The notes below the pieces were generated by a model. It saw nothing but the letters and a program-made list of their open reading frames with translations. It did no database searches and had not been told where the DNA came from. Positions 52,537-64,000 of a stretch of DNA of 64,000 bases are shown here, in pieces. The position numbers and the translations under genes are program-made. Source of the DNA: Podarcis liolepis (lineage: Eukaryota); NCBI GenBank assembly GCA_965112155.1, contig OZ218099.1; one strand, 5' to 3'. How positions within the stretch are numbered: position 1 is the stretch's first letter; every line of letters begins with the position of its first letter.

Positions 52537-52696
52537 ACGCTGAACTGTGTGAACCCTGAGAATGAAAATGCTCCCGAGATCCCAGTCAAGGTTCTAAACT
52601 GTGACACCATCACACAAGTGAAGGAGAAGCTTTTGGATGCTGTGTATAAAGGAGTCCCTTACTCACAGAGACCTAAGGCAGGAGACATGGACCTGG
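52537..52696 (+). CDS. PLXNA1: PLXNA1 window exon 15 (160 nt), Rho-GTPase binding domain (RBD)
   Basis: atatag|ACGCTG...CTGG|gtaagt; [53 protein letters not shown]; phase 0 to 1. Confidence 0.96.
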
Positions 52697-52788
52697 GTAA
52701 GTTGCAGAGTTACAGATGTTTGCTTTGCAGCCAGTGTATACTAAAGGGTGGATTTACACAACCAGTTCATATTGCATTTGTACTTGCA

Positions 52789-52960
52789 GTGGTAGCTATG
52801 TTAGCTTCTTGCAACAAAAGCAACAGTCTAGTGGAACTTTAAAGAGTAACATACTTATTTGGAGCATCAGCTTGCATTGATTTTGTCATATACAAAGGTC
52901 TCTAGTCCATGAAAGTGTATTCTACCAAAATAAAATCGATTAGTCTTTAAGGTGTCATCT
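52789..52960. mobile_element. Decayed Penelope-like terminal remnant with inverted ends
   Basis: CTTTAAAGAGTAACATACTTATTTGG and CCAAAATAAAATCGATTAGTCTTTAAGG form an imperfect inverted pair; the pattern resembles sauropsid Penelope termini as recalled. Confidence 0.5.
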
Positions 52961-53819
52961 GCTGCCAACCACTTTCCTCCCCACAGCCTTTTCCTAGCTG
53001 CCACTTTTCCCAAAGTTGGGCTCTGATATAGAAAGAGAGTCCATCAACTGCCTTGCAGGAAAGGCTGCATGAAGGTAAGTGGTTGGCAGGTGACTTAGCA
53101 TCCCAGACCTGCTTGCATACATTTTAGCTTAGAAATCAGGCCTTTGCCATTGCCCAATGTAGTTTGAAACTTAGATGCCCTTCAATTTGCAAGCGAGGTC
53201 ATCAATCTCCTGCTGGGGAAAATGTTCTTAATGTGTACTTGCTGGTCCTAGCACAACATCAGATGCTGCACCATGGAATGTAAGAAGGAGCAAGTCTCAG
53301 CGCTGCATTCTGTACTTTAAATTTAAGAAGAGCTATACATTTTCTCATTGACGCTTGTTGTGAATCACCTGAATAGATTGTTGGACCCAGAGTTTGGAAG
53401 CCAGTGTTTTCATTGGCTGAGACAGTAGTGCTCAGTCAGCATTGAAAATTTGAGATTCTCTGTAAGGGAAAATAAAAGGAACACGGGTGAGCTGCAGATA
53501 TTTCTGTTGCTTGGAGATTCACTGAACGGGGTCAAGCAGTAGGATGGTGCTGCTCAAGAACAGTGATATCCCATTTTTGCAAATGGAGTACAGACAGGAG
53601 AAAACGAGTCAGTTATTCTCCATCTAAATGTTTGGCCAGCCTCATCAGCATAGCTGCTGGCAGCGCACAAGACAGCCAAGGGTTTAAAGTGGGGTGTGGC
53701 TTTTAAAAACTGTTTGTGCCACGCCTCACTCACATGCTCTCCATGCCTTTCGTTCTGTGATCTGTCCAAAGTGAGCACGATCCCCAGTGACCCCATGCCC
53801 TTCTCTTCCATCGGTGCAG

Positions 53820-53923
53820 AGTGGCGGCAGGGCAGGATGGCTCGGATAATTCTGCAAGATGAAGATGTCACGACAAAGATTGACAATGACTGGAAAAGGC
53901 TCAACACTCTCGCCCATTACCAG
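53820..53923 (+). CDS. PLXNA1: PLXNA1 window exon 16 (104 nt), RBD
   Basis: gtgcag|AGTGG...TACCAG|gtgtgg; [35 protein letters not shown]; phase 1 to 0. Confidence 0.96.
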
Positions 53924-54185
53924 GTGTGGTGGTCTGCTGGCTTTAGTTGTAGAGGTGTGGCACAAGAAACTGTGTGGCACAACTAAGTTCACTCAACTTT
54001 AGATGCTTCATGTGTACAATGTGAGAGAAGGGCACTGCAGACAACCTCTGCATCTGATACAAGAGAAATGCATGATACACTCTTGACTGTAATTTGGATA
54101 TTGCGTAATGTAGATTAATGATCAGTCACAAACAGGACAGTTCCTGAGTATACTGCCCAACAATCTAGAGTGGTCTTTTAGTATA

Positions 54186-54411
54186 CAGTGGTACCTCAGG
54201 TTACATATGCTTCAGGTTACAGACTCCGCTAACCCAGAAATAGTGCTTCAGGTCAAGAACTTTGCTTCAGGATGAGAACAGAAATTGTGCTTTGGCGGTG
54301 CGGCAGCAGCAGGAGGCCCCATTAGCTAAAGTGGTGCTTCAGGTTAAGAACAGTTTCAGGTTAAGTACGGACCTCCGGAACGAATTAAGTACTTAACCTG
54401 AGGTACCACTG
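54186..54411. mobile_element. Tc1/mariner-superfamily (Tigger/pogo-like) MITE 1
   Basis: Perfect 18-bp TIR CAGTGGTACCTCAGGTTA...TAACCTGAGGTACCACTG; TA on the left, right TA degraded; internal TTCAGGTTA repeats; no coding capacity. Confidence 0.85.
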
Positions 54412-54660
54412 ATGCACCCTTTTGGACATCTAAGGGGGTTGGCTCAGCCTTTCAGAAGGGATCCAGTTTGAAATGACATGGGTTGTGGGCCAGTGGGAAC
54501 CACTCACTGCTTGCCTTTGCAGCTGCCCGCAGATAGTAGGCCACCTTGTCACTTGCCAGCTTTCTGCATTCACAGTCAGCCTTGCTGGGGCAAGGGACTG
54601 TCAAATTTCCATCCTCTACACACCTAGCCCAACATGGCTTCTCCTCAGAAAGGATTAAGG

Positions 54661-54966
54661 CAGGGACAGGTAACCCTTTCCAGCCCAAGGGCCATATTCC
54701 CTTCTGGACAAGCTTGAGGGCATCAAGGGGAGGGGCAGAGGCAGAAGTGGGTGGAGCAATGAATGAAAATTTATCTTTGTACAGCAGGCTAGTTTCTACA
54801 CACACACACACACACACACCCCTATCCTCCATACAGTCATGCAAAAACATGTAAGGAAGGGTGCACAGTAGGGTCAGTGAGGGGTGCGGCCTACCAGGCA
54901 GAATTTTGAGAGCCAGAGTTCTGGAGGGCCATATTTGACCTTTAGGCCTCAGGTTCCCAACCCCTG
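54661..54966. mobile_element. hAT-type MITE containing a (CA)n tract
   Basis: Imperfect TIR CAGGGACAGGTAACC / GGTTCCCAACCCCTG; flanking 8-mers GATTAAGG and AATTGAGG (6/8); sub-terminal GGGCCATATT motifs. Confidence 0.68.
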
Positions 54967-55370
54967 AATTGAGGGGTAGTGTACAAGTGTGGGGGTATTT
55001 CCTCAAAGTGGGGCAGTTATTAGGACAATACCTAGCTAAATGTTTTAGAATGCGAGCAAGATACATGATTAAAGAGAAAATGTTTAAAAATGTAGAAAGT
55101 TAGAATTTCCCTCAGAGCAAGTTAGGCTGAGGAGAGGATAGAATGGGGATGTTGACCTGCAAGTGTAATCAGACTACCTCAGCTTCCGTCTTTTCCCTGA
55201 GGCATGATGGTCTATTGGGCCATTGTATCGAACTGCCTTTGGGAACCCACTGAATAGGCAATTACAATTTCAGCTTGTCTTAGTGTGAGGAGCTACTGGG
55301 ATGAGAGATGCATGATATATGGGTCTGAAAAGTCCATTCAAACTTTGTTTTGCTAATATTCTTGCTATAG

Positions 55371-55472
<102 letters not shown>

Positions 55473-56469
55473 TGAGAAAACAGCCGTCATTGCTTGCTGT
55501 CTGGGATTCAGGAATAGTCTGGAGATTAGGAATCAGTCTTCCTGAAGCAAAGGCAGAGCAGAAAAGATGCAATATTGCAGCCAAAGCGGCTTTTTCTTAA
55601 CCCCTTTCCAATGTCCCATGCATCAGTTTTGGAAGAGAAAATCACCCAAGCCCACCTCAGTGCTACTTATAGCAAACCTACCAACGTTGCCACTTCAGAA
55701 ATCCTTCTTCTGATTCTGTCTCATCCCTCTACCTGTTGATTCGTCATATCCTGTGTAATTACTTCTGCGAAATTTGTATTTTTCGTCAGGGTCTCTCAGT
55801 TAAAGTCCCTGGTAAGAATAAAGTTCCATGTTAGTTGATGAGGATAAGTAAGGTATCTATTGTGACACACCCTTACGTTAGTACTTTGTTGCGCAAAGGG
55901 TGTGGTGGGGGGAGAACTACAGCTCTTTAACATTTGTTTAAGAAGTGTTTTGATTTGAGCAGAACTTCCTGTGCACAGCATTAGATGCAACCCAGTGTGT
56001 TTGAAGAAAGAGATTCCTTTCATCTTCCCCCTTTAAAATGCAAAAGCAGCCAGTTAAAACTAGCAGAGCAGAAAAAGATGTCTGTCTGTCTGTCTAACCA
56101 TATTTATAGCCTGCCTTTCCTCCTCAGAGATCCCAGGGGTCCTTCAGAAGTATCTTATATGAATGGCACACCAGGTTGATGTCTCATGTATTTGATAGAA
56201 CATGTATTTGGGCAGGCTAGGACTGGAGAGAACCTGCCAACAGCATGAGCTGGCCTTAGGTTTTAGCAGCTTTCGCTCACTGCTTGCAGTTCCCCTGGCA
56301 GTAAAAAAAGAAAGAAAGAAGAAGTCCAATCATTTCTTGGTTAATAGAGCCACCCAGCCTATGAACTTTTGTTGCCTGGTTCTAAAGGGTAGCCCAACAC
56401 GAATCATATACTCTTGGTGGTGTGACAGGCCTTGCTGCAAACTAAGTGAGGTGGAGGGAGGACAGCTGA

Positions 56470-56742
<273 letters not shown>

Positions 56743-57056
56743 TAGATGCATTCTAAAGTTTGAGTGTGCCAAGTCACACACAGAATCTGGTGGGTCTTTC
56801 ACCCTGCCATGCTGTCAAGTTTCCGCCCTCTTCAGTCTTGCTGTTATAAATCAGCAGAGAGTATATGGAGACAACTTATTATTCCATTTGCGATGCTTTC
56901 TGACCTCTCATCTGCTTAACACCAAACACTTAAGGGTTTGGAGTTCTCACTGCTGCAGTTGCATCGCAAGAGATTCTAATGATAATAGCATTTCAGCAGC
57001 AATTGAAATCCAAGGTTCTTTAGAGAAATTTATCCCTTCCCCACACCCACAGCATA

Positions 57057-57400
57057 CAGTGGTGCCTCGCAAGACGAAATTAATTCATTCCGCGAGTTTT
57101 TTCGTCTAGCGAATTTTTCGTCTTGCGAAGCACGGTGTCGGAAAAGTTTTGGAAAAGCTTCAAAAATCACCAAAAAGCTTAAAAAAGGCTACCACACCGC
57201 GTTCTATTAGTTGCTCCTCGAAGTCAAGTCGCAACTTATTAACGGTGTTAAGAAAAAGGAAACAAACTTGCAAGACGTTTTCGTCTTGCGAAGCAAGCCC
57301 ATAGGGAAATTCGTCTTGCAAAGCAGCTCAAAAACCGCAAAACCCTTTTGTCTAGCGAGTTTTTCGTCTTGCGAGGCATTCGTCTTGCGGGGCACCACTG
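57057..57400. mobile_element. Tc1/mariner-superfamily MITE 2
   Basis: 22-bp TIR CAGTGGTGCCTCGCAAGACGAA (21/22 match) with TA on both sides; about 9 TTCGTCTTGCGA-like motifs including the two in the TIRs. Confidence 0.88.
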
Positions 57401-59026
57401 TACATTATCAGCCTCTGGGCCCATTATCACGAGATGGGTGATAGCCAATGCTTACTCTAGATGCCTTGCTGTCCCAGAGTGATCTGCTCCCTGCACATGC
57501 TAACGGCATATGTAACATTTTGCAAGAAGCATGATGCACCTTTCTTGCCCAGCCCACTCATACATACCTAGCTCTAGTAAAACCAGCAAGCCAACAAAAC
57601 CCACACTTCTACACACCCAAAAATCAGAGGACATGAGCAGAAGTTCCCTACATAGGCTTCACCACTAGCTCTTGGGCTTCTGTGATGGCACTGCTGCTGT
57701 TGTCTTAGAATTTCTGTCTCTGTTCACCTGCTCCATTCCTTGAATTCCTTACACAACTTCTGACCGCAAGGAATAAGCAAAAAGATAGGGAAAGAGTGTG
57801 TTTTGGCTTGAGTGACAGATGATCAGGCAATCAGACAGACAAGCCAGTTTCAGTCTTCAAGGTATTTCCTCCAGCCCGGTGTCATGCTTTAAATACAAAG
57901 ACAACCCCTAGATGGGATTTTTAAATCCCTTTATTTTTCCGGGTCACTGGTAATCCTAATCAGCCCACTTGGCCTGGTGATAGGCATGGGCCCAGGTTCT
58001 TCTGCCTCTCAATATATGCAGAGGGACCTGGCTTCATTCTTTTAAACTCTTCACCTACCTATGGAGCATTTCTGGCCCCAGTTACTTTTGGCCAAAAGGA
58101 AAAAAGGAAAAAACCCCAAACACCCAGCTGCAAAGACTAGTTTTGCATCCTAGCTGTTGACGAAGCAAAACTGAATCCCAGCCTCCGGTTGCTGCAATCA
58201 CTGATTTCCCCTGTGCTCATTGTTCATATGCTTGATAGACGCCCTCATTTTATCAGCACTCAGCATCAGCAAAAGCCGAGGCAAGGGAGCTTTAAAAGTC
58301 CAATGGCTACTCACACTGTGTAATTGCTGCCCTGGTTTCTGATGTAAATCAAATGGTCAATAATATAAGATTTGTACAAAAGCAAACAAAAATAATATTG
58401 TCGAGTTCTGAGAACTGGAGAAAGCCACATTAATTGCAGGAGCTGGCATGCAAATGGCACAGCCGAATCTCTCTCTCTCTCCCTCTCTCCTACTTTATTC
58501 CCAGACCAAATAATAAATTGTAATAATCTGCCATAGCTATTTATTTTCTCACTGGAGGTTGGCTGCTGTGTTGCTGTTCATCCTGAATCAAAAACACTCC
58601 TCCAAAAGCAGGTGGGGAACAGGCTAAATCTTGCAATTTTCAGAGGAGTGTGAAGGAATATTTTGGGGGGTGGGCACAAAATTTGCCAGAGTTCTCAGCA
58701 AGCCGCCAACTGCCACATTTCTTTTCCCAAAATTCCCCCAATGCAAAGTGCATTCTGAGATAAAAATTAATAGTGGTGTCTGCCACAGACCACCTTGACA
58801 ATCATCATTAGGATGGATTAGGTGGGTTGTCAGCTGGCTCAGCATGTGCCATCTAGCTTCAAACAGCCAAAGAAAAGGAAAAAAAAGATGAAAATGGGTG
58901 TGCTTTTCATGAAGCTTCTCATGGATTTCTATCATAGTCTTATGTGAAAATCTTAAGCTCAGCACTAATCACTGCTGCTTAACTCTGCAATTTCAACATA
59001 GTCCTGGGAGGTTCAGGTGTATTATA

Positions 59027-59261
59027 CAGCGGAACCTTGGTTCTTGAACTTAATCCATTCTAGAAGTCCATTTGACTCACGAAACCGTTAAAAACCCAAG
59101 GCACAGCTTCTGATTGGCTACAGGAGCTTCCTGCACTCAAGCAGAAGTGGAGTCGGACATTCAGCTTCCAAGAAACCTTTGGAAACTGGAACACTTCTGG
59201 GTTTTCGGTGTTCAGGAGCCGATTTTGTCAACTAAGCTGTTTGACAACCAAGGTACCACTG
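59027..59261. mobile_element. Tc1/mariner-superfamily MITE 3
   Basis: TIR CAGCGGAACCTTGGTT / AACCAAGGTACCACTG (14/16) with TA on both sides. Confidence 0.8.
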
Positions 59262-59857
59262 TAGCTTCATGTATTGAATGTATTTCATACTTCAGTAGCT
59301 ATGTGTTTAGCTATCCTTGTAAGAACTTAAAACCTTCAGCAAGCCAAGTATAGCATTCCACTGAACATGAATGAACTTGTGGCTAACACACAGTGACCTG
59401 GAACTCTCAAAAGATCAGGGTTATAACCAGATTCCTTTTTCTGCTTATAAAATAAGTCTTACCATCAGAAGGGGATTTTTAAATTCAAGATTCATAAGTG
59501 ACTGACACTGCAAACAAGTGCCCCCTAATGGATGGATACTAGGAGGATATCATCTGGTGCCCCCATGGGAAAATGGTTGCACTCTATGACAGTCTGCTAT
59601 GGCTAAGCCTACTTCTGAATTGCAGATGAAACACATGGCAGAGTGCTTAGATTCCTTGCGTTTTACTATGCAAAACAGCCTTCCTTGATGCTTCAGTCTT
59701 ACTAGTAGAGTAGGCCCAAGAACAGGTGCCACCTCATCTGCTTTGTCTATGGATGTTGTGAAGAGATGAGATCACTTCTGTAACACAGCCTGTACATTTC
59801 TGTGGCTTTCACTGGCAATGCCAGTGTCATTTCAGGGCATAACTTTTCTTCTTATAA

Positions 59858-60100
<243 letters not shown>

Positions 60101-60367
60101 TAAGTAGGGCCCACAGCTTGGTTGTAGAACGCAAACTGTGCATGCAGAAGGGAGTCTTCAGGTAGGGTGGTCTGCAACCCTGGAGAGCTCCTGCCACTCA
60201 GTGTAGAATCAGATACTATATGCAACTCTGGGCCTGCCTAATTCAGCCCTGCCCATTGCTGGCATGTGGCCTTTGGGGGAGTGGGCAACAAGGAAATGTG
60301 GCCTTTGGGATTGAAAGGATTCCCAACCTTGGTGTAGACAATGCTGAGCTATTGGAAAATGAATGTA

Positions 60368-60586
60368 CAGTGGTACCTCCGGTTACGGACGGGATCCATT
60401 CTGGAGGCCTGGCAGTATCCTGAAAAGTCTGTAAAATGGAAGCGCCCTTCTACGCACGCACGTGGCGTGATTGAGTGCTTATGTGCATGCACACGGTGAA
60501 ACCCGCAAGTATACACTTCTGGGTTTACCATGTTCGCAACCTGAAGATTATGTATCCAGAGGGATACGTAACCCGAGGTACCACTG
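60368..60586. mobile_element. Tc1/mariner-superfamily MITE 4
   Basis: TIR CAGTGGTACCTCCGGTTACG / CGTAACCCGAGGTACCACTG (19/20) with TA on both sides. Confidence 0.87.
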
Positions 60587-62038
60587 TACTTAAATCCCAC
60601 TTTTTCCTAGGGTAGGTGAAGCCTCCAATATGCATTCAAACAGTTTCTGCTAGATCACTTTCTGCTGGCCTATCAAAGCCAGTGCAAGGGAGTTGGGCAC
60701 ACTGCCCTGGATCAGTGCAAATTGAATGTAAGCTTATATAACCATCATAGCTAAAGATTGGAGCAAACTTCACCATTATAATTAGTTAAAAATACGGTAG
60801 GAAAGTTAGCACCAGCAGCATGCATAGCCCTAGAGAGCCAAATTCCGACTTCCTATCCATTTATACTAGAGCACAGGGGGATTTGGGTGCTCAGCGAGTG
60901 GTGAGATGCGACAAGCCCTCTGCTACATGCAAGGTTTCATGTCTCCCCACTGCGTTCTTCCCTTCTGCCGATTTCATCTCTCAGATCCTCTTAACCATTT
61001 CAGGGGACAAGAACATACACTCTCATCTCTGGCATTTGTTAAATGGAAGTCCAAATTGCTTTTGTATAGTTCAGTAACTGTCAGTAATTAGCCGGGCTGA
61101 AAAAGAAACATTTTTAAATGGCGATATGAGAGCATGGAAACGCTTGGAACTGATTTATCGCTATGCTTTCTGTAATAAAGGAAGAGTCGGTGTGTTGGGA
61201 GGGGAGAGGAGGGAGAGAGGGAAGAATCCCAATGATGCCTGGTTTCCAATTCAACAGAGTCCAGGGAGGCAGGCCCCTGCATACTAATGACCATGCTTAT
61301 TCCAGGGTGATAATTCAATGTGCAGAGTTCATTTCTTGAGATCATTTTCTGAAATTTAAATGTGCATGTGTGCCCAGCACTTGCATGATAAGAATACTAT
61401 GGAGCCAAACATTTGGTGTTTGAGTCAAATGTATTCATGGGAACCTGTGCCTGAGGTGGTATACCTGTGTGCCTGGGCTATACCACTTCAGACTGCAGCT
61501 GAGGGTCCAGATCATGGAATACTGTTCCATGCACACACAAAAATCATTCCATATAGAAAATGAGATGCCAGGGAGAATGAATTTGGATTAGCCTTCTCCC
61601 TTACATGGTAGGTTTCTATGTGTAGGAATCTCTCCTAGCTAGAACTAGGCTCAGAAGCTGTGAGGAATTACAAGAGGGGGTATCCCCAGAAATCTCAGTG
61701 TGTCGGCAGGGGTCTGAAACTTGGCTCTCTCCCAGAGAGAGATTGCTTGAGCTTCCCCAGCAGCTGTGAATTTCAGGGGAAAGGAAATAGGAGTCACTCA
61801 GCTGTACAGCATGGATTTTGAAGACCCAGTCAAGAGAAACATGAATTCTGGGTTGGGATGGGTCTGGAGCAAGGGGCAGAAAGGGGCAGAAGAGCTAGCA
61901 AACCACATTTCCAAATCACTACCATCTAAGGAGATTAAGAGAGACTATCTTCCCTGTTTTCTGGTATTCTGAATAGCCAAAGGTTATTGCCAGCCAGGGT
62001 CCTGTTTTTAGTTACCAAAAAATGTTTCCCCAGCCTGA

Positions 62039-62278
<240 letters not shown>

Positions 62279-64000
62279 TGAGTGGCTTCAACCATGGGGA
62301 GGTGGCCTTGCAAGATGCAGCTGTGTAAGAAGAGTTGCTTTTGTAACGTGTGCTCTGAATGGCTGGAGAGCCTGGCAGACCTGCACATGTGTATGAAAGA
62401 ACCTCCCGGGACTGGAGGGTGAAGAAACCTTCCTAGCCAATTGGAAAAGACAGGTTGGTTGGTTTTTCAAAACGAGGACAATTGTCTCAGTCCCCAGTGA
62501 CTAATAAATAAAGCACATTGGGGGGAATGGGGGAATAATGGAGGCAGCTGTTTGTAATGAAACTGTTGCCAGTGTGATTTGTAGGGAAAGGAGCAGAGCA
62601 AAATCTCTAGCCAAAGGAGCTTGCAATCTTAATTAATTTTGTTAAAAGTGCAAGCATGTCATATTGGGTAAGATGAAGTAAGGTTTTGCAGTTCATAGAT
62701 TTTACCAAGAAGGTTCTGGTTCACTTTTCCAGGCATGTTTGTCTTGTTAACAAATTATTTTCCCCACCTCACAAAATGTTTTCCTACTGAAAATGAGTTA
62801 AACAAGAAGAAAGAGTGGAATTCACTGGAGGTAGCTCAATTCTGTGAAAGACCTGTCTGTTGCCACCATATTGATATACCAAGCAAAAACATGACATTTT
62901 TCTACCCCAGCTGACAAAGAGGGGGGGAAATTGACAGAGGAACATGCTGTGAAAATGGGGGTGAAGCCTTAGTTCTTCCCACCAGGCTGTTTGCAGCACA
63001 AGAAGCAGTTTCCTTGAGCTCATAGGCCCCCATGGAAAATGTGTAAGAAATGAATGGGACACTGTTAAGTAGGTTTGCTCAAAGAATCTCCTTCCTCCTT
63101 TTTTGCTGGACGCCGCACTTCACTTTAAAAAACAGAAGTTCTAGCAGCATTTTAATTTCCCCAGACCTGTTGTTCTTCACAGCATGTCTAGATTTCAGGA
63201 TTTGGGGTGGTAGTGTGGAGTTGTCAATTTGTTTATAAGTTTCCTGGGGACCTGAGGAGTGAGTGTAGTGACTTCATCTTTCTGGGCCAGTTGTGATGTG
63301 GATGGATGGACGATGTCTTAGCTTAAGAAAGATGAAAAGGAAGCTTACAGGTATGATGCATTGAATTGAGCATCCTCGGCAGCTGCAAGGAAGGGTCCAG
63401 CACTGCTTGAAGCAGTGAACCCCACGGCCACCTTGAGAAGATGAGGGGAAATCCTTGTCACTGGTGTCTCCAGATGTCTGCCTCCTTTGCACTCCAAATG
63501 TATCTGTGGTTTTGGGTAGGAAAGTGCCCTTGTAAGCATCTTAACATCATCCCTTGGCAGAGATTGTGGCCAAAGGATAGGGGAGGCCTTTGATCTTCAC
63601 CTCCCAGAGGCAGTATGTTGCCATTTGCTCCTGACCAGATGCCTGACACAGCATTGCTCCACTTTTGTTGGTTTCTTGAGGATGCAACGATGTTCTTCAA
63701 TTATCCCAGCTGCGCCACAGCTTTTAATTCAAACTATATTAATGCTTCAGATTTCTGATTGAGAAAGGCAAAGGACATTGCATTCAGAATTATTTCTACT
63801 TATTCATACTACTGTGTGACAAATACATAGACAGAAACTTTTGACTGCCATCATGCACAGTGGTCCCCTTTCTCTTCTGTGCCTCTGTATCAAAGTGAGA
63901 GCAATTTGGTCAAATTTCTAATAAATATAATAAAAAATATTTTTAAAGGTACATACTCCAGAAATTTCCCCCCTCCACTGCTCACCTGCTCCACAGAGCC

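Noticed and set aside
52885-52920. Penelope-associated hammerhead remnant (CTAGTCCATGAAAG)
   Set aside because: The CTGANGA half of the core is missing, so it cannot be an active ribozyme.
54452-55066. 204 aa minus-strand ORF, the longest non-LINE ORF
   Set aside because: It runs through a hAT-type MITE and a (CA)n tract and has no domain signature.
57057-57400. CRISPR-like repeat-spacer array
   Set aside because: The repeats are 12 bp, irregularly spaced, in both orientations and bounded by TIRs and TA. This is a MITE in a eukaryotic intron.

Overview
This is vertebrate genomic DNA, almost certainly from a squamate. A Sauria/Squam1 SINE, Squam3-type SINEs, BovB, RTE, CR1 and L2 LINEs and lizard-type MITEs point to a lizard, probably a lacertid (inference). 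The whole window lies inside one + strand gene, Plexin-A1 (PLXNA1). I resolved 20 consecutive GT-AG coding exons by hand (2119-62277). They splice into one uninterrupted frame of 3125 nt (~1041 aa) covering the late ectodomain (IPT/PSI domains), the TM helix, the juxtamembrane helix and the split GAP domain with its Rho-binding insertion. The 5' exons (Sema domain) and the final coding exons lie outside the window. Introns hold a retroelement pile-up (36.1-40.9 kb), four TA-flanked Tc1/mariner-type MITEs clustered at 54.2-60.6 kb, many hAT-like palindromic MITEs, microsatellites and several motif-dense candidate enhancers. I cannot support a new multi-gene system here. The best leads are candidate in-frame microexons in phase-0 introns of the cytoplasmic region, chiefly 18 nt at 46376-46393 and 12 nt at 26143-26154. 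These are predictions from splice signals only and need RNA evidence. Nearly all other ORFs in the supplied track are spurious. Comparisons to human plexins and repeat consensuses are from memory, not from a search.
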